Source of the DNA: Candidatus Saccharimonadota bacterium
GTDB lineage: Bacteria; Patescibacteriota; Saccharimonadia; Saccharimonadales; UBA4665
Assembly (NCBI GenBank): GCA_002952755.1
Contig: CP025011.1
Location: 990,001 to 1,022,000 of the forward strand
Direction: 5' to 3'
DNA: 32,000 nt
The position numbers and the translations under genes were made by a program. Positions 9,027 to 17,715 of this stretch are shown piece after piece. The first letter of the stretch is position 1. The number at the start of each line of letters is the position of its first letter. The notes under the pieces are model-generated. The model ran no database searches. It worked only from the letters and a program-made list of their open reading frames with translations, and was not told the origin of the DNA.

Positions 9027-9353
9027 GTATAGTTATAGCCAAACCTATTTAAAACTCCTTAATGGGGACTCGCTGACAAATCTTTCATACTTCCAGGCAG
9101 GGAATCTTCCGCTTCCGTTTCGGAGTCGAAATGCTCAGCCTCTGGGGCAATAGCCGGCCCTAGAACCTTTCTTTCACATCTGTACCTGCTATGGCTTGCG
9201 GAACCGATTTACCACCCTGGAATTGATAGGGTACGGAAATAATACTCTTTTCGTGAACCAAATCGTATTGCCGACGTACAGGTAAAGGGTACCGATAGTA
9301 GCCTATTAATCATTTTGATTGTCGCTATAAGCCTTATCAATCTGTTGCTTCAT

Positions 9354-9383
9354 AAAAGCAGCCCCAGGGAGGGGGCTGCTTTT
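9354..9383. terminator. Bidirectional rho-independent-type hairpin between convergent genes
   Basis: AAAAGCAGCCCC (9354-9365) pairs perfectly with GGGGCTGCTTTT (9372-9383) around the loop AGGGAG. A/T runs flank both sides. It lies 23 nt downstream of the aquaporin stop. Confidence 0.6.
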
Positions 9384-9405
9384 ATGAAGTACGTGTGTCT
9401 AACTA

Positions 9406-10071
9406 TTACTTTTTCTTAGATGGCTTGTCGGCTGGTAGTTTTTCAATAAGGCTACCTTCTGGCGCAAAAAGCAGCGCGTACAGATTAAAGCCAATAACGG
9501 AACCGAGCACTGGGCCAAGTATGTAGGTGCCCCATACCCAACTCCGAACGCCGAGCGCTACCGCAGGGTTCAACAATCCGGCAGAACCGACCGACGCCAC
9601 TAAGATGCCGATAGTAAGTCCGGCCCCAACAGTGAAGGCAGCCTTGCCGCTTTCCAGCTTATTAAAGGCTGCAGCGGCCCAGCTAAGTGAGAACACAAAT
9701 GCGCCTACTGCCTCAGCTACGAGCACGCGACTTTCGAAGTGCCCGCTGTTGTTCCAATGAGCATTCACGAAGTACGTGTAGAGTAGGTAGGCAACAATGC
9801 CCCCCAGCAGTTGTGCGACCGCATACACTACTGCAGGTAAGGTCTTCACGCGGCGTGCACTCCACAGCCCAATAGTGATGGCCGGATTAAAGTGAGCGCC
9901 TGAAGCAGCACCAAAGACCAAGGTACCACCGGCAATCATCAAGCCGGCTACTAAGCTTACAAAATAAGCAATGCCAGCGTTCGATCTACTTACCGACAGT
10001 ACCACCATCGTTAGCGTTGCAGTACCTAAAAATTCGGCCATTATCATGCCGATCTTCTTTCTTCCGAACAT
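9406..10071 (-). CDS. MIP-family channel (aquaporin/aquaglyceroporin)
   Basis: 221 aa with six hydrophobic segments and two NPA boxes (HFNPAITIG and LLNPAVALG). A strong SD (GGAGGGG) lies directly upstream of the ATG. Confidence 0.9.
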   Translation of the reverse strand: MFGRKKIGMIMAEFLGTATLTMVVLSVSRSNAGIAYFVSLVAGLMIAGGTLVFGAASGAHFNPAITIGLWSARRVKTLPAVVYAVAQLLGGIVAYLLYTYFVNAHWNNSGHFESRVLVAEAVGAFVFSLSWAAAAFNKLESGKAAFTVGAGLTIGILVASVGSAGLLNPAVALGVRSWVWGTYILGPVLGSVIGFNLYALLFAPEGSLIEKLPADKPSKKK

Positions 10072-10269
10072 GTCCCCTCCGTAAGAATTACTTATTAGTA
10101 TCAGCGTAGCCTACCGTGTCCTGTTTGTAAAGATAACAGAGATTCTGGAGCTGGCCCTTGGAAAATAAAAAAAATGACAAATACACTTTAGGGCCGAAGA
10201 TAGTCCGAACTCTTCCGTTTTGTAATATATACGATGAAATTCTGTTGATAAACTGACAACTTTACTTTA

Positions 10270-10298
10270 TTGTCACCATCTGACATTATCCATAGTAT
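10270..10298 (+). promoter_or_regulatory. Candidate promoter TTGTCA-17 nt-TAGTAT for the surface-protein gene
   Basis: TTGTCA at 10270-10275, a 17-nt spacer, and TAGTAT at 10293-10298. A 20-nt leader carrying the SD GAGAGGG precedes the ATG at 10319. Confidence 0.35.
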
Positions 10299-10318
10299 AA
10301 GCGTAATGAGAGGGTCAC

Positions 10319-12346
10319 ATGTTACAACTCAAAAAAATCCAACGTACTGCTTGGAGCTTTATTTCCTCAGTACTCATCGCGCTATCAGCAATAGTGCCAT
10401 TGTTTACAGGGCAGGCGCTGGCAGCAGGTCTAGCCATAGACAAACAGGCAAGCGCGCATACTAGTTCGGGCAGTAGTATCACTTCGTCCGCTTTCACTAC
10501 CACTCAGGCCAACGAGCTAATCGTAGCCTTTATTAGCACCGACGGGCCGAACAGGAGCGCACAGACCGTAACTTCCGTGTCCGGGGGCGGATTAACGTGG
10601 CGGATGCGTCAACTTTCCAACTCGCAGCCAGGTCCCTCCGAAATTTGGACTGCAGCGGCTCCATCAATCCTGACTAATACGACGGTAAAAGCAACACTCA
10701 ACAGCTCATACGCTGCCTTGATGACCGTCGTTGCCTTTACCGGTGCCGACACAAGCGCAACCGCAGGCGCCACCGCCGGTGGCAACGCTACCACCGGAGC
10801 GCCAAGTATCTCGCTCACCACTACCAAGGCCGGTTCGTGGACTTGGGGAGTTGGTAACGACTGGGACCGCGCAGTGAGCCGGACGGTTGGTGCAAATCAA
10901 ACCAAAGTAGACGAATATTTGCCATCGGTAGGGGACACCTACTGGGTACAGCGCCTGACTTCGCCAACTGCTGCCGCCGGCACAGCTGTTACTCTCAATG
11001 ATACCGCTCCTATAAATGATCATTGGAATTTTGCCGCTTTAGAGATTGTACCCGCCACCGTCGATACGATACCTCCGAGCGTTCCTCAGAATGTCACTGC
11101 TAACGCAACCAGCTCCAGCCAAATCAACTTGAACTGGTCGGCCAGCACAGACGACAGCGGCCTGGCGCCACGATACACTGTCTTGCGCAATGGCTCGCAA
11201 ATAGCCACCAATGTTATTGCAACAAATTACTCCGACATAGGCCTCGCCGCCAGCACTTCATATAACTATACCGTCCGCGCTTATGACGGCGGTGGCAACG
11301 TCAGTGCCGAGTCGGCCGTCGCCATCGCTAATACTGGCACTCCAGACACAACACCTCCGACTGTAGCCATGACCAACCCTGCAGACGGCACAACAGTGAG
11401 CAGTACCGTAACACTGAGCGCGACAGCGTCCGATAACGTGGCCGTTAAGAATGTACAATTCCAACTTACCAATATGCAGACGAACATAGTTACCAACATC
11501 GGCAGCGCCCTCACCTCAGCTCCCTATCAAACCACCTGGAACAGCGGCACCGTTCCAAATGGGCAGTATGCTCTGAGCGCCATGGCCAGCGACACAGCAG
11601 GCAACACCACAACAGCTACTCGAGTAACAGTCACTGTTTCAAACACCGCACCAGTTGTACCAGTGCTCGACCCATCTACACCAGCACCTGTAGGCGTACC
11701 AAGGAACGTTTCATCGATGACTACTGCTGCGTTCTCTCCGCCTGCGGGCACTGTTATATACGCAGCACTGTCACTCGACCAACTGCCGGGGGAGAAGACC
11801 GTCGTTGGCTCGATTACCAACACAGGCACACCGCTTAACTGGCAGTTGCTTGGCCGCGAAAATCACGGCAACGGCGGAGATGTGGAGGTGTGGTGGGCGT
11901 ATAACGTGGGTGCTCAGTCCAACATGACGGTAACCACCAATTTCTCTCAACCCAGCAAAGATGTCCCCGCACCCCTCGGCGACTTCCAAGTGTTCGTCTT
12001 TAACAACGCTGCGCCTAACCAGGCTCCAGCAGCAACGGCAATCAACTGGCTCACCGATGGCACTGGCAGCAACACGCCCAATGTGACGATTACGCCCACA
12101 ACACTCAACTCACGCATGTTTGCCATTTTCGACAACTGGAATTATGATGGCTCGTCAATTGTTCCGGGTACCGACCAAAGCATTATTTCTGAAGTGCTCA
12201 ACTCGGTAGACGTCGACAGCTACTGGATTCAGCAAAAAAACACACCCACTAGCGCACCTGGCACACCCATCCTCATGAATGCCACCCTTGGCGGCGTCAA
12301 CGAATGGCACGCCATGGCGTGGGAAGTGCTCCCCTTAAGTAGCTAA
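10319..12346 (+). CDS. Secreted surface protein with the architecture signal peptide, domain X, FN3, Ig-like domain, domain X'
   Basis: Signal peptide with AxA site (FTGQALA/AG). FN3-like segment around nt 11071-11335 (PPSVPQNVTA...INLNWSAS...YNYTVRAYDGGGNVS). Ig-like segment around nt 11350-11643 (TPPTVAMTNPADGTTVSSTVTLSATASDNVAVKNVQF). The flanking domains are mutually similar. Confidence 0.8.
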   Translation: MLQLKKIQRTAWSFISSVLIALSAIVPLFTGQALAAGLAIDKQASAHTSSGSSITSSAFTTTQANELIVAFISTDGPNRSAQTVTSVSGGGLTWRMRQLSNSQPGPSEIWTAAAPSILTNTTVKATLNSSYAALMTVVAFTGADTSATAGATAGGNATTGAPSISLTTTKAGSWTWGVGNDWDRAVSRTVGANQTKVDEYLPSVGDTYWVQRLTSPTAAAGTAVTLNDTAPINDHWNFAALEIVPATVDTIPPSVPQNVTANATSSSQINLNWSASTDDSGLAPRYTVLRNGSQIATNVIATNYSDIGLAASTSYNYTVRAYDGGGNVSAESAVAIANTGTPDTTPPTVAMTNPADGTTVSSTVTLSATASDNVAVKNVQFQLTNMQTNIVTNIGSALTSAPYQTTWNSGTVPNGQYALSAMASDTAGNTTTATRVTVTVSNTAPVVPVLDPSTPAPVGVPRNVSSMTTAAFSPPAGTVIYAALSLDQLPGEKTVVGSITNTGTPLNWQLLGRENHGNGGDVEVWWAYNVGAQSNMTVTTNFSQPSKDVPAPLGDFQVFVFNNAAPNQAPAATAINWLTDGTGSNTPNVTITPTTLNSRMFAIFDNWNYDGSSIVPGTDQSIISEVLNSVDVDSYWIQQKNTPTSAPGTPILMNATLGGVNEWHAMAWEVLPLSS

Positions 12347-12362
12347 AATAACCTCAGTCCGC

Positions 12363-12392
12363 AGCAGGAGCCCGGACATCCGGGCTCCTGCT
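12363..12392 (+). terminator. GC-rich hairpin downstream of the surface-protein gene
   Basis: AGCAGGAGCCCGGA (12363-12376) and TCCGGGCTCCTGCT (12379-12392) are perfect complements. The hairpin lies 17 nt after the TAA stop. There is no clear U-tract, so it may be a terminator or a stabiliser. Confidence 0.5.
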
Positions 12393-12459
12393 AATATAGA
12401 GTTTAAAAACGTAAACAGCTAAAGATACGACCCGCCCAAAACCCTTGACATGTAAAGGA

Positions 12460-12488
12460 TTGCCAAATTAGCAGTTTCTCGCTACAAT
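12460..12488 (+). promoter_or_regulatory. Sigma70-like promoter TTGCCA-17 nt-TACAAT upstream of dabA
   Basis: TTGCCA at 12460-12465, an exact 17-nt spacer, and TACAAT at 12483-12488. A second TTGACA lies at 12445-12450. This predicts a leader of about 120 nt before the ATG at 12614. Confidence 0.5.
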
Positions 12489-12613
12489 ATAACGGTCTTT
12501 TAGGGCTATTGACTTGGGGCGTTTAGCTATTCTGAGAAATCAGCATCAGCAAGCGTCATCTTTTTTATCGTCTCCAGAAAATTCCCTAGTAGCCGATATC
12601 AAAAATAGTAGCC

Positions 12614-15169
12614 ATGACGCAAGAGCACAACTATCGTTTCAGCGAACAGCATCTTCTGCATGTTCTAAAGCAGTATCTGCCCACTCAAGGTCCACTGAAG
12701 GATTTTGTACACCACAATACGCTGCACGCATTTCAGGACATGAAGTTTTACGATGCGATCTTTAAGGCGTCTGCAATTTTTGGATACCAGACCACGTTCT
12801 CACTTACCGAATACAGAGACCTCTACGCTATCAAAAGAATAACTCCAGAAATCTTGGAAAAAACGATACGGGATAGCAAGGGCGACAGAAAGTATAAGGA
12901 GTGGCACTCAAAAGTACTCTCTAAAGAATACGACCGAACTTTTGCGCCACGTATTGGAAAACTGAGGAGCGAATGGAAGCGCCTATATCCACTCGATATG
13001 GACAACGCTGTACAGCCGCTCCTTTTTCGTATTATTTGTAGCTATATCGACCAGGGTATCGCTATTTCGCCTTTCCCATTTGAGGATAAAGGGCTTTTAC
13101 AAGCACTGCGCGACTTAGAGAATCGTAGCCTAGCTAGCTTCTTCAAAACGAAACGAGCCCAGGACCTTCTTCAGGATAAAACGTGCACCCTAACACAGCT
13201 TCTGGAAATAGTAGTGGGCAAGGGGAACGAAGCGTATTTCGAACAATACGTGTACGATCAGCAGTTCGCGCATCAGGGATGGTCGGGTATCGTATCAACA
13301 TTAGAAGACAAGCCAGAAGCACTGCTATACCCAAAAAAGATTTCCTTAAAGGATATGATCATCCTGGAACTCTTGCTCGAGATCGACACCCTTGTAAGCC
13401 GGCTGGGTGACAAATGGGAACCACTGGGGAATAAAACCACGCAACCACCAGTAGATATATTCGCTAGCGAACCATCTACTGAAGTGCAAGAAGTCATCAA
13501 AATATGGCAAAACGCGTTTGAATGGAGCTACTACGATACAGTGCTTTCTGGACTTTTGCGAACGCTACCCCCGAAATCAACCAAAAAGAACGTGGCAGCA
13601 AAGAGCTTCCAATCTGTTTTCTGCATCGACGAGCGGGAATATTCTTTGCGGACCTATATAGAGAAGCTGGATAAGGATTGTGAGACATTCGGTGCACCTG
13701 GATTCTTTGGAGTAGAGTTCTATTTTCACCCTGCGCATGCCAAATTTTACGATAAGCTTTGCCCCGCACCTGTGACTCCTAAGTATCTTGTAGAGGAAAT
13801 TGCAAAAGGCGACTCGCACGCTCACAGAAAAGAAATCATGTACAGCAAGCATTCTCATAAGCTAGCAAGAGGATTTCTTTTTTCCTATCTGCTGGGAATC
13901 CCGGCCATTGGCAAGCTTATTGCCAACCTAGTAAACCCATCCATGAGCCCAGCGATTGCTGACGCGTTTGCTCATATGGATCCAACTGCCGATTTAACCA
14001 TCCTGCATACCGGGAAACACGACCGGAAAAAAGGCCTGCAAGTAGGCTTTACCGCAAATGAAATGGCCGATCGGGTCGAAAAACTACTCCGGTGTATTGG
14101 CCTTACTAAAAATTTTGCTCCACTAGTATACATTGTGGGGCACGGCTCGAGCAGTGCCAATAACCCTCATCATGGTGCGCACGACTGCGGTGCATGCAGC
14201 GGAAGGCCAGGCCTGGTTAATGCCCGTGTCTTTGCTCATATGGCAAACTACGGGCCAGTGCGAGAGCTGCTCAAATCACGCGATCTGCTCATACCCGATA
14301 CCACACAATTCGTTGGCGGCATGCACGACACAGCGTCTGACGATATCAAATTCTACGACGAGGCGATCCTCGCCGAACATAATAACCAGCTGCACATCAA
14401 AAATAAGCACTTATTCGAAAACGCGCTCGACCTCAATGCCAAGGAACGATCCCGCAGATTTATGTCGATCAACACAAAGCGACCCATAAAAAAGATACGA
14501 AGCGACATAAAAAAGCGATCTGTCTCGTATTACGAACCGCGGCCCGAACTAGGACATGGCACCAATGCGCTGTGTGTCGTAGGCAGAAGAAGTCTTACGA
14601 AGGACCTATTCCTTGATCGGAGAGCCTTTTTAAACTCCTACGACTACACCAGCGATCCCGAAGGCGCACTATTACCTAGCGTCCTAGCACCCCTCGGGGT
14701 TGTCTGCGGGGGTATCAACCTCGAATATTTCTTTTCACGCATGGACAACTACAAACTGGGGGCAGGCACAAAACTACCCCATAATGTTATGGGACTTATT
14801 GGCGTCGCCAATAGTAGCGACGGTGATCTTCGCTCCGGCCTCCCCTTGCAAATGATCGAGGTACACGACCCAGTGCGACTGCTTATGATTGTCGAACATC
14901 GCCCTGAAGTAGTAAAAAAGGTCATACAATCTAACCCGGATTTGTATGAATGGTTTGCGAAGGAATGGATCCATTTAGTCGCCATTGATCCAGAGAAGAA
15001 AGCACTCTACCTATTCAGAGAAGGAAAGTTTGCCCCCTACGCGCCACTTACCAAAAAGCTTCCCACCGTACGCGACCTATCCCATATGTTTGAAACAACA
15101 CCCAAGATGAAGACCAATCATATTTTGGATGCTACGCGCGAAAACTTACCGATACACATACTGAAATAG
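12614..15169 (+). CDS. dabA: DabA (DUF2309/UPF0753) subunit of the DAB/MpsAB inorganic-carbon (CO2 to bicarbonate) pump
   Basis: 851 aa. Family hallmarks are DFVHHNTLHAF near the N terminus, CIDEREYSLR (CxD), and GHGSSSANNPHHGAHDCGACSG (His then Cys 15 residues later). It sits immediately upstream of a NuoL-like partner, the canonical pairing. Confidence 0.85.
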   Translation: MTQEHNYRFSEQHLLHVLKQYLPTQGPLKDFVHHNTLHAFQDMKFYDAIFKASAIFGYQTTFSLTEYRDLYAIKRITPEILEKTIRDSKGDRKYKEWHSKVLSKEYDRTFAPRIGKLRSEWKRLYPLDMDNAVQPLLFRIICSYIDQGIAISPFPFEDKGLLQALRDLENRSLASFFKTKRAQDLLQDKTCTLTQLLEIVVGKGNEAYFEQYVYDQQFAHQGWSGIVSTLEDKPEALLYPKKISLKDMIILELLLEIDTLVSRLGDKWEPLGNKTTQPPVDIFASEPSTEVQEVIKIWQNAFEWSYYDTVLSGLLRTLPPKSTKKNVAAKSFQSVFCIDEREYSLRTYIEKLDKDCETFGAPGFFGVEFYFHPAHAKFYDKLCPAPVTPKYLVEEIAKGDSHAHRKEIMYSKHSHKLARGFLFSYLLGIPAIGKLIANLVNPSMSPAIADAFAHMDPTADLTILHTGKHDRKKGLQVGFTANEMADRVEKLLRCIGLTKNFAPLVYIVGHGSSSANNPHHGAHDCGACSGRPGLVNARVFAHMANYGPVRELLKSRDLLIPDTTQFVGGMHDTASDDIKFYDEAILAEHNNQLHIKNKHLFENALDLNAKERSRRFMSINTKRPIKKIRSDIKKRSVSYYEPRPELGHGTNALCVVGRRSLTKDLFLDRRAFLNSYDYTSDPEGALLPSVLAPLGVVCGGINLEYFFSRMDNYKLGAGTKLPHNVMGLIGVANSSDGDLRSGLPLQMIEVHDPVRLLMIVEHRPEVVKKVIQSNPDLYEWFAKEWIHLVAIDPEKKALYLFREGKFAPYAPLTKKLPTVRDLSHMFETTPKMKTNHILDATRENLPIHILK

Positions 15170-15172
15170 CCT

Positions 15173-17023
15173 ATGTTACTACATCTTATACCATTGCTAG
15201 CCCTCGTTCCGATCCTCGGCTTTGCCTGCTGTGTTCTTTCGCCCAGAAAATGGGAACGTATAATCTTTTCCGTGGCAATGGCGTCCATACTTGTAGAGTT
15301 GGTACTCTTTTTCTCTGCAAGCTACCTATGGCTTCGAGCGGGCGCTTCGCCAGTATTCACTCATCTTGGTTTTTTATATACAAGTCACTCCTACGATCTA
15401 CCCCTAGATTTCTATTTCGACAGGCTTGCGGCCGTCTTTTTGGGGATGGCTACCGTAATGACCGCCCTCGTTTTTATCTTCAGCAAGTACTACATGCACC
15501 GTGAGCAGGGGTTTAAAAGATTTTATAGCACTGTTGCTCTCTTCTTCCTCGGATTGTCGCTTATAATTCTTGCAGGCAACTTCGAAATATTGTTCGCAGG
15601 GTGGGAGTTAATTGGGATAAGCTCCGTCCTGCTTATCGCTTTTTATAGGGATCGATTTCTGCCGGCAAGAAACGCATTGAAAGTTTTCTCGGTGTATCGT
15701 ATTGCCGACGCCTTCTTACTAGCCGCTATATGGTATGCGCACCATCTTTTTGAAAAGAGCATATCCTTTTCCCAATTTCCGGCAATAATCGCACAACAGG
15801 GGAATCACCTTGCGCTGCTTGGTCTTTTACTATGTATTGCTGCCTTGATTAAATCTGCACAATTCCCGTTTTCATACTGGCTCCCACGCGCTATGGAAGG
15901 CCCCACTACGTCCAGCGCGATCTTCTATGGCGCCCTTTCTGTCCATATGGGTTTGTATCTATTACTGAGGACGTATCCACTCTGGCAGGGCACTATCTGG
16001 CTGCGGATTGTTATTGCAGCCCTCGGTCTTATCACAGCAGGTATCGCCACATCAATTGCCCGGGTTCAGTCATCCATCAAGACGCAGATCGCATATGCAT
16101 CCATCACCCAGATCGGCCTCATGTTCCTAGAACTTGCTGCTGGGCTTCGCTGGCTCGTACTTCTGCACTTTATAAGCAATGCCTCCTTGCGAACATACCA
16201 GTTGCTCATTTCTCCATCTGCCGTGAGCTATCTTGTGCATGATCAGTTCTTCTATTTCGTACCTCCTCACCAGCAGATCAAGAATACACTTCTCGGTAAA
16301 ATCCGCGCCACATGGTACATCCTAAGCGTCAAGGAATGGAACATGAATACGGTAGCTAGCCACTACCTATGGAAGCCTCTGAAGTCTGTCGGGCAAGCAT
16401 TTGCTTTTCTTGATGAGCCTGCTTTCCGGCTCATTTCTTTGATACTTTTTTTGACCTCGATAAGGGTTGCTGCATCTGCGAAATTGTCTGCTAACTCGAG
16501 GTTATTATTTTCCACTACCGCAGCCGCCATCGGTAGTATCTTTTATATACGCGCATATGCCACAAAGAAAGCAGCCAAAACGTGCTGGGATCTTATCATG
16601 CTTGGGCACTTATTTGAGATGCTTTTTCTGGTATCAGCCTCTGCTTGGAGTTGGAAGTACCTTGGTCTGTATGGGACGGGGGCAGCGATTGCATTTGTGG
16701 TAGGCCGGGGATGCCTATGGTACTTAGAGGCAAGGGACGAACCGCCCACCTTACGCGAGTACGGTGGCTCTATCTATGCATTTACCAAACTAGGGCAACT
16801 TTTTTTCATACTGGCGCTTCTTTTTATGGCATTCCCCATTAGCCCTTCCTTTTTAGCGCAAGATGTACTTTTGAGCTTAATTCCTGCAAATCATGTTCTT
16901 CAGATAGTGCTCTTTTGTTTATCCTATGTGATGGCAGGTGTGAGTATTATGCGTCTGTATGTAAAAGTATTCTTTGGACCGCACAAAACGAGCTATCATG
17001 AGATAGCTTACAAGGCTTCTTGA
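15173..17023 (+). CDS. dabB: DabB, NuoL/MnhA-like proton-conducting membrane subunit (PF00361-type) of the DAB pump
   Basis: 616 aa and polytopic. Motifs GWELIGISSVLLIAFY and KSAQFPFSYWLPRAMEGPTTSSAIFYGALSVHMGLYLLLR match NuoL/ND5-family consensus segments. It starts 3 nt after the dabA stop. Confidence 0.85.
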   Translation: MLLHLIPLLALVPILGFACCVLSPRKWERIIFSVAMASILVELVLFFSASYLWLRAGASPVFTHLGFLYTSHSYDLPLDFYFDRLAAVFLGMATVMTALVFIFSKYYMHREQGFKRFYSTVALFFLGLSLIILAGNFEILFAGWELIGISSVLLIAFYRDRFLPARNALKVFSVYRIADAFLLAAIWYAHHLFEKSISFSQFPAIIAQQGNHLALLGLLLCIAALIKSAQFPFSYWLPRAMEGPTTSSAIFYGALSVHMGLYLLLRTYPLWQGTIWLRIVIAALGLITAGIATSIARVQSSIKTQIAYASITQIGLMFLELAAGLRWLVLLHFISNASLRTYQLLISPSAVSYLVHDQFFYFVPPHQQIKNTLLGKIRATWYILSVKEWNMNTVASHYLWKPLKSVGQAFAFLDEPAFRLISLILFLTSIRVAASAKLSANSRLLFSTTAAAIGSIFYIRAYATKKAAKTCWDLIMLGHLFEMLFLVSASAWSWKYLGLYGTGAAIAFVVGRGCLWYLEARDEPPTLREYGGSIYAFTKLGQLFFILALLFMAFPISPSFLAQDVLLSLIPANHVLQIVLFCLSYVMAGVSIMRLYVKVFFGPHKTSYHEIAYKAS

Positions 17024-17037
17024 ATGGGAGTATAGGT

Positions 17038-17628
17038 ATGCCCGCCAGCTTTTTTCGCTCCATTGACGACCCCGCCATAATCGCTCATATCCGGAATGGG
17101 GCTGTCGGTGTTTTGCCTACGGATACAGTGTATGGGCTAGTGGCAAGCGCGACGAATCCCGCAGCCGTTAAGCGACTATACGCCTTAAAGCATCGTGAGC
17201 GGAAGCCGGGCACAACCATTGCGGCGACGGTGCAACAACTAGCCAACCTTGGCTTACCGTCAGCAGATCTTGCTCAAGCAACGCCGCTATGGCCGGCTGC
17301 AATTAGCGTCATCTTCACTCTTGGCCATCAGTTCGAATACCTGCACCAGGGTGTGGGCTCGGCACCATTCCGCGTGGTAAGTGATCCAAAAATGCGTGAG
17401 CTCCTGGAAATGACCGGCCCTCTACTTACAAGCAGTGCTAATCTGCCCGGCGAACCAGAACCTCCAACCATCCAAGAAGCCCAGGCTTATTTTGACGACC
17501 AAGTAGACTTTTACGTCGATGGTGGCAATCTTGCTGGCCGCCCGGCCTCAACTATTGTCCGCTTTGGGGACAGTGGCATTGAGGTATTACGCCAAGGTGT
17601 TGCTGTTAGCCTATTGGGGCTAAAGTAA
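17038..17628 (+). CDS. tsaC: L-threonylcarbamoyladenylate synthase (YrdC/TsaC family, short form)
   Basis: VGVLPTDTVYGLVASA...AVKRLYALKHRERKPGT...LLTSSANLPGEP are typical YrdC-domain motifs. ATG at 17038 is preceded by GGGAG (17026-17030). The ORF track's TTG at 17020 is a less likely start. Confidence 0.85.
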   Translation: MPASFFRSIDDPAIIAHIRNGAVGVLPTDTVYGLVASATNPAAVKRLYALKHRERKPGTTIAATVQQLANLGLPSADLAQATPLWPAAISVIFTLGHQFEYLHQGVGSAPFRVVSDPKMRELLEMTGPLLTSSANLPGEPEPPTIQEAQAYFDDQVDFYVDGGNLAGRPASTIVRFGDSGIEVLRQGVAVSLLGLK

Positions 17629-17679
17629 GGCTACCAGGCAATGTCTGAGAGCGGCCAAAAAACATCTTAATACATATGA

Positions 17680-17708
17680 TTGACGATCCGATTATTTAAG
17701 AGTAATTT
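17680..17708 (+). promoter_or_regulatory. Sigma70-like promoter TTGACG-17 nt-TAATTT, 7 nt upstream of the ATG at 17716 (leaderless-type)
   Basis: TTGACG at 17680-17685, a 17-nt spacer, TAATTT at 17703-17708, then aataatt and ATG. No SD is present. Confidence 0.45.
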
Positions 17709-17715
17709 AATAATT

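Noticed and set aside
12329-12343. C-terminal LPLSS of the surface protein as a possible sortase (LPxTG-like) signal
   Set aside because: It lies at the extreme C terminus, with no following hydrophobic segment or positively charged tail, so it is not a cell-wall sorting signal.
12514-12765. 83-aa ORF spanning the dabA leader and 5' end
   Set aside because: It has a non-ATG start, overlaps dabA in a different frame, and has an S/A/R-rich translation. The DabA N terminus (HHNTLHAF context) fixes the real frame.
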